DNA of 64,000 bases from an uncultured Chloroflexota bacterium (lineage in GTDB: Bacteria; Chloroflexota; Limnocylindria; Limnocylindrales; Limnocylindraceae), in the NCBI GenBank assembly GCA_903864185.1, contig CAIPEX010000009.1, positions 44,281 to 108,280 on the forward strand, written 5' to 3'. The number at the start of each line of letters is the position of its first letter. Position 1 is the stretch's first letter. The notes below the pieces were generated by a model. That model saw only the letters and a list, made by a program, of their open reading frames with translations, did no database searches and was not told the origin of the DNA. Below, piece after piece: positions 49,791 to 58,856 of the stretch. The translations under genes and the position numbers were made by a program.

Positions 49791-52385
49791 ATGGAAATCA
49801 CAACCGTATCCGCCGAGTTTGGCGGGCAGACACTCACGATTGAAACAGGCCGGATGGCCCGCCTTGCTGGCGGTGCAGTAACGGTGCGCTACGGCGACAC
49901 CGTCGTGCTTGGAACGGCGAACCGAAGCGAGCCACGACCTGGTCTCGACTTCTTCCCACTGACGATTGAATTTGAAGAGCGCATGTACGCCGCGGGGAAG
50001 ATCCCAGGCGGCTACATCAAGCGAGAGGGCCGAGCATCAGAAAACGCCACCCTTTCAGCTCGCCTCACTGACCGCCCGATTCGCCCGCTCTTCCCTGAGG
50101 GGTATAAGGACGACGTGCAGGTGGTCATCACCGTCTTGAGCGCGGATCAAGAGAACGATCCAGACATCCTTGGCACGCTCGCTGCATCAGCAGCGCTGAC
50201 GATCTCAGAGATCCCGTTCCTTGGCCCAATCGGCGCAGTGCGCGTCGGCCTAATCGATAGCAAGTTCGTGCTCAACCCGACCTTTGCACAACTTGAGACG
50301 AGTGAACTTGATCTTGTTGTCTCGGGCACGGCCGATGCCATCATGATGGTTGAAGCCGGTGCGAACCTGATCGACGAAGAGAAGATGGCCGATGCAATCG
50401 AGTTTGGCCACGATGCGATCAAGGCGTTGATCTCGCTCCAGAATCAGCTTCGCGAAAAGGTGGGGAAGGCAAAGCGCATTCCATATATCGAGCCAGCCGC
50501 TTCGAGCGTCCTCACGTTTGCTGAGGCACTAGAGGCGAAGGCGAGCTTCGTGGTTGTCGATACAGAGACGACAGGGCTCGATCCCAAGCTCTCTGATCTT
50601 GTTGAAGTTGCAGCCGTTAAGGTTGTCGGAGGCAAGATTACGGACCGCTGGAGCACGCTCGTCAATGCTGGGAACCCGATTGTCGGCTCCCAGATGCACG
50701 GACTAAAGACGGCAGATGTTGCTTCTGGCGTAGCGCCAAAAGCTGCTGCAGAAGAACTGTTGAAATTTGCGAAGGGCTCGATCCTCGTCGGGCATAACCT
50801 CGGATTTGACATCGGCTTCCTGGATGAAGCGCTTGGAAAGGGTCGAACCTTTGGCGTAGAGGAGGGGAGCTACCTTGACACCCTCGTGCTCTACCGCGAG
50901 TCGTACCCTGAGAGCGAATCGTTCAAGCTTGGCGACCTGGCGCGCATCTATGGGGTGGCAACAACGCCGAACCATCGAGCGCTCCCGGATGCTGAGGCTA
51001 CGGCCGAGCTCCTCCTCTTGCTTGCAGCCGACCTGCCGAAGCGTCTGAGCACGCTGAAGTCGGGGATTGAGGATTCCATTCGTGCAGCACGAAGCGGCAA
51101 GGGAGAGCCAAAGGCGCTCCTCGAGTCCGCTCGACGCGCAGCACGCGTCGGTAAGAACCTCTTCTACTGGATGCACAAGAAGACTGCTCGTGGGATGACT
51201 ATGAACGAAGGGATTCGACTCGACGGTCGCAAGGTTGATGAGATTCGACCGATCACCGTTGAGGTTGGCCTGCTGCCACGCGCACACGGCACGGGACTCT
51301 TCACCCGCGGCGACACACAGGCACTCAGTGCTGCGACCCTCGGGCCGTTGGCACAAGGGCAGCGCCTCGACACGATCTCGCCGATCACGGAGAAACGCTA
51401 TATCCATCACTACAACATGCCGCCATATAGCACCGGTGAGAACAAGCCGATGCGCGGCCCTGGCCGACGTGAGATCGGGCACGGTGCGCTCGCTGAGCGT
51501 GCGTTGATCCCAGTACTCCCAACGCCAGAAGAGTTCCCTTACGCGATCCGCGTCGTCTCTGAGTGTGTGACCTCGAACGGCTCCACCTCGATGGCTTCGA
51601 CGTGTGGCTCAAGCCTCGCGCTTCTCGATGCCGGGGTTCCGATTAAGGCATCGGTTGCGGGAGCCGCGATGGGTCTGATGTCAGAGCCAAGCGGCGAGTT
51701 CGTTGTCCTGACAGACATCCTCGGAAAAGAGGATGCCTTCGGCGACATGGACTTCAAGGTGACGGGTACCCGCACCGGTATCACCGCATTGCAGATGGAC
51801 ATTAAGGTGCAGGGGATTACCGGGAAGATCATCCGAACAGGATTGAAAGATGCCCTAACGGCGCGTCTCTCGATCCTCGACAAGATGGATGCCGTGATCT
51901 CAACGGCGCGACCTGAGCTTTCAGACTTCGCACCGCGCATCACGACGATCAAGATCAACCCAGAGAAGATCCGCGACATTATTGGTAAGGGTGGGGCAAC
52001 CATCCGCGGCCTGCAAGATAAATACCAGGTCAATATCAATGTCGAGGACGACGGCACGATCCAGATCGCATCTGCTGACCCAGAGCGTACGAAGGGCGTC
52101 CTGGATGCCATTAACGGCATCACGAAGGAGGTCGAAGTCGGCGCGCTCTACATGGGTAAGGTGACCCGCATCATGGGCTTCGGCTGCTTCGTCGAGATCC
52201 TCCCTGGCAAAGAAGGCCTGGTTCGCATTGGCGAGCTTGCCGACTACCGTGTCAACACCGTCGAGGACGAGGTTGCAGTAGGGGACGAGATCATGGTTGT
52301 GGTGATGGAGGTTGACCGCCAGGGGCGTGTGAACCTGTCACGCCGTGCTGCGATGCAGCGCCATAAGGCGGCTCCGCGCGACTGA
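49791..52385 (+). CDS. pnp: polynucleotide phosphorylase with an inserted DnaQ-like DEDDh 3'-5' exonuclease domain
   Basis: 864 aa. RNase PH domain 1 (aa 1-235), RNase PH domain 2 (aa 476 onward: [13 protein letters not shown]...FTRGDTQAL...), KH ([12 protein letters not shown]) and S1 ([15 protein letters not shown]) all align to PNPase. About 150 extra residues sit in the alpha-helical linker region. Confidence 0.93.
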   Translation: MEITTVSAEFGGQTLTIETGRMARLAGGAVTVRYGDTVVLGTANRSEPRPGLDFFPLTIEFEERMYAAGKIPGGYIKREGRASENATLSARLTDRPIRPLFPEGYKDDVQVVITVLSADQENDPDILGTLAASAALTISEIPFLGPIGAVRVGLIDSKFVLNPTFAQLETSELDLVVSGTADAIMMVEAGANLIDEEKMADAIEFGHDAIKALISLQNQLREKVGKAKRIPYIEPAASSVLTFAEALEAKASFVVVDTETTGLDPKLSDLVEVAAVKVVGGKITDRWSTLVNAGNPIVGSQMHGLKTADVASGVAPKAAAEELLKFAKGSILVGHNLGFDIGFLDEALGKGRTFGVEEGSYLDTLVLYRESYPESESFKLGDLARIYGVATTPNHRALPDAEATAELLLLLAADLPKRLSTLKSGIEDSIRAARSGKGEPKALLESARRAARVGKNLFYWMHKKTARGMTMNEGIRLDGRKVDEIRPITVEVGLLPRAHGTGLFTRGDTQALSAATLGPLAQGQRLDTISPITEKRYIHHYNMPPYSTGENKPMRGPGRREIGHGALAERALIPVLPTPEEFPYAIRVVSECVTSNGSTSMASTCGSSLALLDAGVPIKASVAGAAMGLMSEPSGEFVVLTDILGKEDAFGDMDFKVTGTRTGITALQMDIKVQGITGKIIRTGLKDALTARLSILDKMDAVISTARPELSDFAPRITTIKINPEKIRDIIGKGGATIRGLQDKYQVNINVEDDGTIQIASADPERTKGVLDAINGITKEVEVGALYMGKVTRIMGFGCFVEILPGKEGLVRIGELADYRVNTVEDEVAVGDEIMVVVMEVDRQGRVNLSRRAAMQRHKAAPRD
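50544..51026 (+). other. DEDDh (DnaQ/epsilon-like) exonuclease domain inserted within pnp (aa ~252-412)
   Basis: Exo [14 protein letters not shown] (D257, E259). Exo [16 protein letters not shown] (D340). Exo III-epsilon [15 protein letters not shown] (H395, D400). Resembles DNA pol III epsilon, PolC exo and RNase T family domains. Confidence 0.75.
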
Positions 52386-52419
52386 TCTGCCGGCAGCCTT
52401 GACGAGCAGGGTTCCTACG

Positions 52420-53070
52420 GTGCGAGAGGTAGCGCTCAACGTCCTGGTCAGCGAGATCGCCGCGTGCAGTGCCTGCGCTCTTGCGAGCGGGCGCACAGCA
52501 ACGGTTCCTGGTGAGGGGCTCGCCTCGGCGAAGCTCATGCTTGTCGGTGAGGCTCCGGGTGCCCGGGAAGATCGCGAGGGGAGGCCATTTGCTGGCGCCT
52601 CTGGCACGCTTCTCAATCAACTGCTGGATGGCGCTGGGCTCAGTAGGAACGATGTCTTCATCACGAACACGGTGAAGTGCCGCCCGCCTGATAATCGCGA
52701 CCCCCGCGCAGATGAGATCGCTTCCTGCAGCACATTCCTCTCGCGTCAGATCGAGGCAATCTCGCCCCAGGTCGTCGCAACCCTCGGGCGTCATGCACTT
52801 GCTGTCTTTGCGCCTGGCGCAGTCATTGGCGAGGCACACGGTGCGCCCTACCAAGGAGAACGGCAAAACCTTCACAGCGGGGTGATACTTTTCCCCCTCT
52901 ATCACCCTGCTGCTGCGCTCCACAACGGCAAGCTTCGGCCAACACTTGAGGAAGACATGCGAGCCCTCGCGGCGCTACTCGGGGCTCCTGCTCGTGTGGG
53001 GGCTGGTACGGCTACCCTATACGGAACGCCTCAGGAGGGCGTACGTGCTGAAGCGGGAAGGGGAGGGTGA
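52420..53070 (+). CDS. uracil-DNA glycosylase, family 4 (thermophile-type, Fe-S cluster)
   Basis: ...CSACAL..., GEAPGAREDREGRPFAGASG and ...HPAAAL motifs. Start chosen at GTG 52420; the track ORF opens at 52345 inside the pnp 3' end. Confidence 0.8.
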   Translation: MREVALNVLVSEIAACSACALASGRTATVPGEGLASAKLMLVGEAPGAREDREGRPFAGASGTLLNQLLDGAGLSRNDVFITNTVKCRPPDNRDPRADEIASCSTFLSRQIEAISPQVVATLGRHALAVFAPGAVIGEAHGAPYQGERQNLHSGVILFPLYHPAAALHNGKLRPTLEEDMRALAALLGAPARVGAGTATLYGTPQEGVRAEAGRGG

Positions 53071-53071
53071 A

Positions 53072-54757
53072 GTGAGTCGACGACCGAACCGTGCCCCCGC
53101 AAGCGGTGCGCCGCTGCGATTGATCCCGCTTGGTGGCATGGGCGAAATTGGAAAGAACCTCTACCTCTACGAATACCTCGACACGATCATCCTCGTCGAC
53201 TGCGGGCTCGCCTTCCCGGACGAGACGACGCTTGGCGTCGACATCATAATCCCCGACATCACCTATCTTCGCGAACGAAAGTCTGCTGTGAAGGCAGTTC
53301 TCATCACCCACGGCCACGAAGATCACGTCGGCGCACTCCCGCACATCCTTCCCGAGCTTCCAGGCGTTCCTGTCTACGCGAGCATCCTCGCTCGGGGGCT
53401 GCTCGCAAACAAGCTCAAGGAGTTCAAGGTCTCCGCGAACCCACTCCTGCCGCTCAACGCTGGCGATCGACTCAACATCGGTCCATTCAGCATTGAGCCA
53501 TTCCGGATTGGGCACTCGATTCCAGATGCGATGGGCTTCGCGATTCATACGCCAGTCGGCACCGTTGTGCATACGGGTGACTTCAAGTTCGATCAGACGC
53601 CTGCAGACGGGAAGGGGAGCGACTTTGCCACCCTTGCACGAATCGGTGCAGACGGTGTCATTGCACTCGTCTCCGATAGCACGCGCGCAGAAGTCCCAGG
53701 CTATACGCCAAGCGAGAGGATCGTTGGCGAGGCGTTCCGTGGAATCATGAGTGAGACACAGGGCAGAGTGATCGTTGCCACATTCGCATCGAATATCGCA
53801 CGCATCCAGCAGGTGCTTGATGCCGCAAGCGAACTTGGGCGGCAGGTGGCGGTGGTCGGCCGCTCCATGGAGCAAAACGTGAAGATCGCCCGAGATCTTG
53901 GCTACCTTCGCTTTAAGACTCCTCTCGTCGCAAAAGAAGAGATCGCGAAGCGCAAGAAGCAGCCGCTTGTGATCGCAACAACGGGAGCGCAGGGTGAACC
54001 GATGGCCGGTCTTGCAAAAATGGCGAACGGTGAGCACCGCAACGTTGAGATTCAGGGTGGCGATACGGTTATCGTCTCCGCATCGCCGATCCCGGGAAAC
54101 GAAGAGGCAGTTGGACGAACGATTGACAACCTGTTCAAATCTGGTGCAAATGTGATCTACCACTCCATTGCCCAGGTGCACGTCTCTGGACACGCGTCGC
54201 AAGAAGAGCTCAAGCTCATGCTTGCGCTAACGAAACCGAAATACTTCGTGCCAATGCATGGGGAGATGCGCATGCAGGTCGCGCACGGGCGCCTTGCAAC
54301 GCAAATGGGCGTGGCAGCATCGTCCGTGTTCATCATTGATAACGGCACACCTGTGGAGTTCCTCGCCGATGGCAGTGCGCGACGCGGCAAGCCAGTGGCG
54401 CATGGCTCAGTCTTTGTTGACGGTGCATCCGTAGGGGAGATTAGCGAGATTGTCCTGCGCGATCGCCGAACTCTCGCCGACGACGGAATCGTTGTTGTCA
54501 TCGCCACTGTCGATGCCTCAACGGGACGACCTGTTGGGCGACCTGCCCTCGTCACCCGCGGATTCCTTAATGGCGACGAGGACAACAAGCTAGTCGAGGC
54601 TGCCATCGACATCGCCCTCAAGGCAATTCAACATAAGGGCGACCGAGCCGCGGAGACCGGCTTGATTAAGGCGCAGTTGAGCGAATCTGTGTCTCGCTTC
54701 CTCAGCCGGGAGACGAAGCGACGACCACTCGTGGTCCCGGTAGTCGTCGAGGTCTAG
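53072..54757 (+). CDS. rnj: ribonuclease J
   Basis: Metallo-beta-lactamase motif VLITHGHEDHVGALP, beta-CASP and C-terminal domain. 561 aa. GTG at 53072 lies immediately after the udg stop, with Shine-Dalgarno sequence GGGAGGG. Confidence 0.9.
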   Translation: MSRRPNRAPASGAPLRLIPLGGMGEIGKNLYLYEYLDTIILVDCGLAFPDETTLGVDIIIPDITYLRERKSAVKAVLITHGHEDHVGALPHILPELPGVPVYASILARGLLANKLKEFKVSANPLLPLNAGDRLNIGPFSIEPFRIGHSIPDAMGFAIHTPVGTVVHTGDFKFDQTPADGKGSDFATLARIGADGVIALVSDSTRAEVPGYTPSERIVGEAFRGIMSETQGRVIVATFASNIARIQQVLDAASELGRQVAVVGRSMEQNVKIARDLGYLRFKTPLVAKEEIAKRKKQPLVIATTGAQGEPMAGLAKMANGEHRNVEIQGGDTVIVSASPIPGNEEAVGRTIDNLFKSGANVIYHSIAQVHVSGHASQEELKLMLALTKPKYFVPMHGEMRMQVAHGRLATQMGVAASSVFIIDNGTPVEFLADGSARRGKPVAHGSVFVDGASVGEISEIVLRDRRTLADDGIVVVIATVDASTGRPVGRPALVTRGFLNGDEDNKLVEAAIDIALKAIQHKGDRAAETGLIKAQLSESVSRFLSRETKRRPLVVPVVVEV

Positions 54758-54759
54758 CC

Positions 54760-57030
54760 ATGGCGAAGCGACACGACTCGTCACGCAGTAAGGAGAGGCA
54801 GAAGAGCCTCATCAGCCCCGCCGCTCAACGCACGCTGATCTTTCTTGGTCTTGCTGTAACGGGCGTCATCTTTGCGATCGGCCTGATCCTCCCAGGGCGC
54901 GGCCTCATTGCAGACACGCTCCGCGACGTTATCGCGCCATGGTTTGGCGGCGGACGCTGGCTCCTCCCGCCACTGCTGATTGCAACTGGAGTCTGGGTCG
55001 AGCGCCGCGCTGCTGCAAGCAGTCGCCCGCTTCTCCGCGTGCTCCTCGGTGCCCTCGGTTTCGCTGCGCTCCTCGCATTGATCGAGATTCTCCTTCCGGG
55101 AAGAGGGGGGATTATCGGCGGCCTGCTTGGCTCCGGCTCGGCGCAAATGCTGACCGGCATTGGTGCCGCCGTCGCCTGGTTCGCAATCCTCGTGGGTGTT
55201 GGACTTGTCCTGAACGACGCGCTTGTCCGTTCGATCTTTCGGGCGCTCTTCTCGGGGGCAAAGGGTGGCGTTGGGGTCGCGCTGCGCGGGGCTGAGAGCC
55301 TTGTAGAGGCGCGCCAGCGGGCAGAGGCAAGTCGAGAGGCCGCCAGCCCAGTTGAACCGCCGCTCTCGCCTCTGCCGCCACGCCCAATACGAATTGAGGA
55401 GGCTGCACCCGTCCCATCCTCAGCGACGCTCGCCCCTCCGAAGGTCTCCGGCGCCGGGGTGCGTGCCGGTGCATCCGCGCGTTCGGCGTCAACCATCGCG
55501 GCCGACCTTCCTGCTGCTGGCACCCCCACCGAGTGGCGACTGCCAAGCTACTCGCTCCTCCCCGAGCGCGAGGCGGTCGCGACCGGAGGGGGGATGGACC
55601 ACAGCACGAATATGGAGGTGATCCGGCGGAAGTTGGAGAGCTTCGGCATCACGGCAACAGTTGATGCCTATAGCTCTGGTCCTGTCGTTACCCAGTACGA
55701 GGTGCTCCCGAGCGCAGATGTACGCCTGAGCCGGATCGAGGCGCTTGCCGATGACCTGGCGATGGCGCTGAGCGCGCGGTCGATCCGCATCCAGGCGCCG
55801 ATTCCAGGCCGCTCCGTTGTCGGCATCGAGATTCCCAACCGCGAAGGTGTCGTCGTTGACCTGCGCAGCGTATTCGAGAAGCGCGAGATGGCGGGTCCAA
55901 CTGCAAAGTTAATGTTTGCCCTCGGCAAAGACGTTGGCGGTAGCGAGGAGGCTGCGGATCTCGCAAAAATGCCACACCTACTGATCGCAGGCGCAACCGG
56001 GTCGGGGAAGAGTGTCATGGTCAACGCACTTATCGCCTCGCTCCTCTTCCACAACACGCCTGACGAGCTCCACCTGATCCTCGTCGATCCTAAGCACGTA
56101 GAACTCTCCGGCTATAACGGGCTTCCGCACCTGCTGGTCCCCGTGATTACCGAGGCCCAGAAAGCCTCAACCGTTCTCATGTGGGCTGTTGGCGAGATGG
56201 AACGGAGGTACCACCTCTTTGCTGCCGCAGGCGCGAGAAACCTTGAGGCGTACAACGAGATGATCGCAAAGGTACAGGCACTAGATCCTGGCGACCCAGA
56301 GCGAGTTAGCCATTCGCTTGCGAGTGCTGAGCGGCTCGAGTTCATCGTGATCATCATTGATGAGCTTGCCGATCTGATGATGCAAGATGGTCGAAATACC
56401 GAAGAGCCGATCGTGCGCATCGCGCAGAAGGCTCGTGCAACTGGTATCCATATGGTGCTCGCCACACAACGCCCCTCTGTGAATGTTGTGACTGGATTGA
56501 TTAAGGCAAATATTCCCAGCCGCATCGCATTCTCCATGGCGAGCCAAATTGACTCACGAACCGTACTCGACGCTCCAGGCGCTGAAGACCTCATTGGTCG
56601 GGGAGACATGCTCTTCCAGCCCTCCGACATGCCGAAGCCGGTTCGACTGCAAGGTGTCTTTGTCTCAGATGCAGAGATTGCAGCCGTCGTAAACCATTGG
56701 AAGAGCCAGGGAGCTCCACGATATCGGCTAGATATCCTCGACGACGGATCGCAGGGCAGGAGCAGCTCAGCCGCCTCTGGAAGGCCCGACGAAGATCGCG
56801 ATCGTCTCTTCGATGAGGCTGCGAGTGTTATTAACGAGCATGACCGCGCATCGGCCTCGCTCTTGCAGCGCCGACTCCGGATTGGCTATGCGCGTGCGGC
56901 GCGGATCATCGATCAGCTTGAAGCAGCCGGGTACATCGGCGCATTCGATGGCTCAAATGCGCGCGTGGTGCTCTCGCGCGAGGGGGGCGATGCCAGTACA
57001 CCTGAGGAGGGGGCGGGGGAGGGCCAGTGA
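54760..57030 (+). CDS. ftsK: DNA translocase FtsK/SpoIIIE
   Basis: N-terminal TM helices, Pro/Ala-rich linker, motor domain HLLIAGATGSGKSV... and C-terminal gamma winged-helix domain. Confidence 0.9.
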   Translation: MAKRHDSSRSKERQKSLISPAAQRTLIFLGLAVTGVIFAIGLILPGRGLIADTLRDVIAPWFGGGRWLLPPLLIATGVWVERRAAASSRPLLRVLLGALGFAALLALIEILLPGRGGIIGGLLGSGSAQMLTGIGAAVAWFAILVGVGLVLNDALVRSIFRALFSGAKGGVGVALRGAESLVEARQRAEASREAASPVEPPLSPLPPRPIRIEEAAPVPSSATLAPPKVSGAGVRAGASARSASTIAADLPAAGTPTEWRLPSYSLLPEREAVATGGGMDHSTNMEVIRRKLESFGITATVDAYSSGPVVTQYEVLPSADVRLSRIEALADDLAMALSARSIRIQAPIPGRSVVGIEIPNREGVVVDLRSVFEKREMAGPTAKLMFALGKDVGGSEEAADLAKMPHLLIAGATGSGKSVMVNALIASLLFHNTPDELHLILVDPKHVELSGYNGLPHLLVPVITEAQKASTVLMWAVGEMERRYHLFAAAGARNLEAYNEMIAKVQALDPGDPERVSHSLASAERLEFIVIIIDELADLMMQDGRNTEEPIVRIAQKARATGIHMVLATQRPSVNVVTGLIKANIPSRIAFSMASQIDSRTVLDAPGAEDLIGRGDMLFQPSDMPKPVRLQGVFVSDAEIAAVVNHWKSQGAPRYRLDILDDGSQGRSSSAASGRPDEDRDRLFDEAASVINEHDRASASLLQRRLRIGYARAARIIDQLEAAGYIGAFDGSNARVVLSREGGDASTPEEGAGEGQ

Positions 57031-58355
57031 CGTCCCAACCTGTGCTCGAGCCAGCAGAAGGATCCCCCGTGAGTGCAGGTAAGCAACTGCGATCTGCGCG
57101 GGAAGCAGCAGGTCTCTCTATCGCGCAGGTCTCGACAGCACTCCGTATTCCCGAGTTAGTGATTGCTGCGTTAGAGAACGAAGAGTTGGGACGCCTGCCA
57201 GAACCGATTTACATTACGGGGCTTATCAGGAACTACGCACGTCACCTGAAGATTGCACCAGAGCAAATCCTCAGCACCTGGCCTGCGGATGCGTCTGTGC
57301 CGCTTCAGCGTGACGCACGCCCCTCCGCGCCGCGAGAGCGTTCCAAGGACGTGGGCTCAGCAGAAGGCGCGTGGGTGGGGCTGCGCGCGCGCAGCGCTAC
57401 CTCCTGGAGCAGCCTTGTCCAGCGAGTCCTTCAGCTTGGGTCGATTCGTATCTTTGCTGTCGGCGTGGGTATCTTCCTCGCACTCCAGTTTGTGCGCTTC
57501 ATAACGCCACCATCGGTAACAGTCAGCGTTCCCGTAGAAGACGTCGTTACGCTCCAGGAGGGCGTGCTCGTTGCAACACTCAGCGGCACCTCTCCAGCAG
57601 GAGCGCGCATTAATGTGACGGCAAGCGGTGGGTCTGACGTTGCAGTGGTTGCAGATGAGCAGGGGAACTGGAGCCTACAGCTCCCACTCTCGTACGGCCG
57701 CACAGAGGTGGAGATGCAAGCTGAGGATGCGGCGACGGGAAGTCTTTCCGGTGAGATCGTTCGTCGTGTCTTTATCGTGCCCCTTCCGGCAGAGTTTGGC
57801 CCGATGCTCACCGCAGCGCTCCCGCTGGACGGGGTGAAGCTTGACTCGCTCCCACTCGGATACGAACTCGCGACGGCTCCAGGGCAGGAGGTAGCCTTTA
57901 GCGCGAGCAGCGATGGGATTCAGAGCATCAGTCTCGACCTGCTCGCTGGGGCCGACGGGCACCTAAGCGGGGAGATCTTCCTCCCGGCAGGCGAGTGGGT
58001 GGTGCGTTTTTCGGCTGCCGCACCGAGCGGACAAAAGACAGAGGTAGAGCGCTCCGTATCGATCAGTTACAGCGGTGCAGTCGTCGCCGTGGTGGGCACT
58101 GAGGGCTCCACATGGGTTCGCGCATGGAGCGACGGTGCCGTTGACTCGAGTATCGGCCCGAATGGCTCAACGATCCACGTAGGAGAAGAGTTCCGCTTCG
58201 CAGCGGACCGCGTCGTAGAACTGCGGTTTGGCGACCCTCGAGCAGTGACGATTACCCTTAATGGGCGTATCCTTAAACCCCTTGGTACACCAGGCGTACT
58301 CGGCTCGTGGTCGTTTAATGCTGACGGAACTGTCAATACTTCAGCGAGAAAGTAG
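57027..58355 (+). CDS. RodZ-like membrane protein (N-terminal HTH_25, TM, C-terminal DUF4115)
   Basis: HTH (LRSAREAAGLSIAQVSTALRIPELVIAALE) and a single TM (IFAVGVGIFLAL). The C-terminus (...WVRAWSDGAVDSSIGPNGSTIHVGEEFRFAADRVVELRFGDPRAVTITLNG) matches DUF4115. Confidence 0.65.
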   Translation: MTSQPVLEPAEGSPVSAGKQLRSAREAAGLSIAQVSTALRIPELVIAALENEELGRLPEPIYITGLIRNYARHLKIAPEQILSTWPADASVPLQRDARPSAPRERSKDVGSAEGAWVGLRARSATSWSSLVQRVLQLGSIRIFAVGVGIFLALQFVRFITPPSVTVSVPVEDVVTLQEGVLVATLSGTSPAGARINVTASGGSDVAVVADEQGNWSLQLPLSYGRTEVEMQAEDAATGSLSGEIVRRVFIVPLPAEFGPMLTAALPLDGVKLDSLPLGYELATAPGQEVAFSASSDGIQSISLDLLAGADGHLSGEIFLPAGEWVVRFSAAAPSGQKTEVERSVSISYSGAVVAVVGTEGSTWVRAWSDGAVDSSIGPNGSTIHVGEEFRFAADRVVELRFGDPRAVTITLNGRILKPLGTPGVLGSWSFNADGTVNTSARK

Positions 58356-58363
58356 GAGGAGCG

Positions 58364-58855
58364 ATGAGCAGCGACAATTCCTTCGACGTAGTGTCTGACT
58401 TTGACCGGCAGGAGCTCAAGAATGCGCTCGATCAAACACGAAGAGAGATCGCAACTCGCTACGACTTTCGCGGTGCAACCGCAGAGATCGAAGAGGAGAA
58501 GGAGGAGCTCGTCATTCGTGTAGACGGAGAGCTCCGGCTCAAGGCGCTCCGCGACATGCTGGAGTCCAAGGCGATCAAACGCGGGGTCGACCTGCGCACC
58601 TTTGAGTGGGGGAAGCACGAAGCAGCGGGTGGCGACACGTTGCGCATCCATGTGAAACTTCGCCGTGGTCTCGATGATGCGACTGCCAAGCGCATTGCCA
58701 AAGCAGTGCGCGAGTCGTTCCCAAAAGTCAAAACCCAGATTCAAGGGGAGGCGGTGCGCGTATCTGCAAAGTCAAGGGACGATCTGCAGGCGGTCATTGA
58801 CTTCCTCCGCTCCTTTGAGGTAGATCGGCCGCTGCAGTTCGAAAACTATCGATAA
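58364..58855 (+). CDS. yajQ: YajQ/UPF0234 family nucleotide-binding protein
   Basis: 163 aa. N-terminus SFDVVSDFDRQELKNALDQTRREIATRYDFRG matches the YajQ family. Confidence 0.8.
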   Translation: MSSDNSFDVVSDFDRQELKNALDQTRREIATRYDFRGATAEIEEEKEELVIRVDGELRLKALRDMLESKAIKRGVDLRTFEWGKHEAAGGDTLRIHVKLRRGLDDATAKRIAKAVRESFPKVKTQIQGEAVRVSAKSRDDLQAVIDFLRSFEVDRPLQFENYR

Positions 58856-58856
58856 C

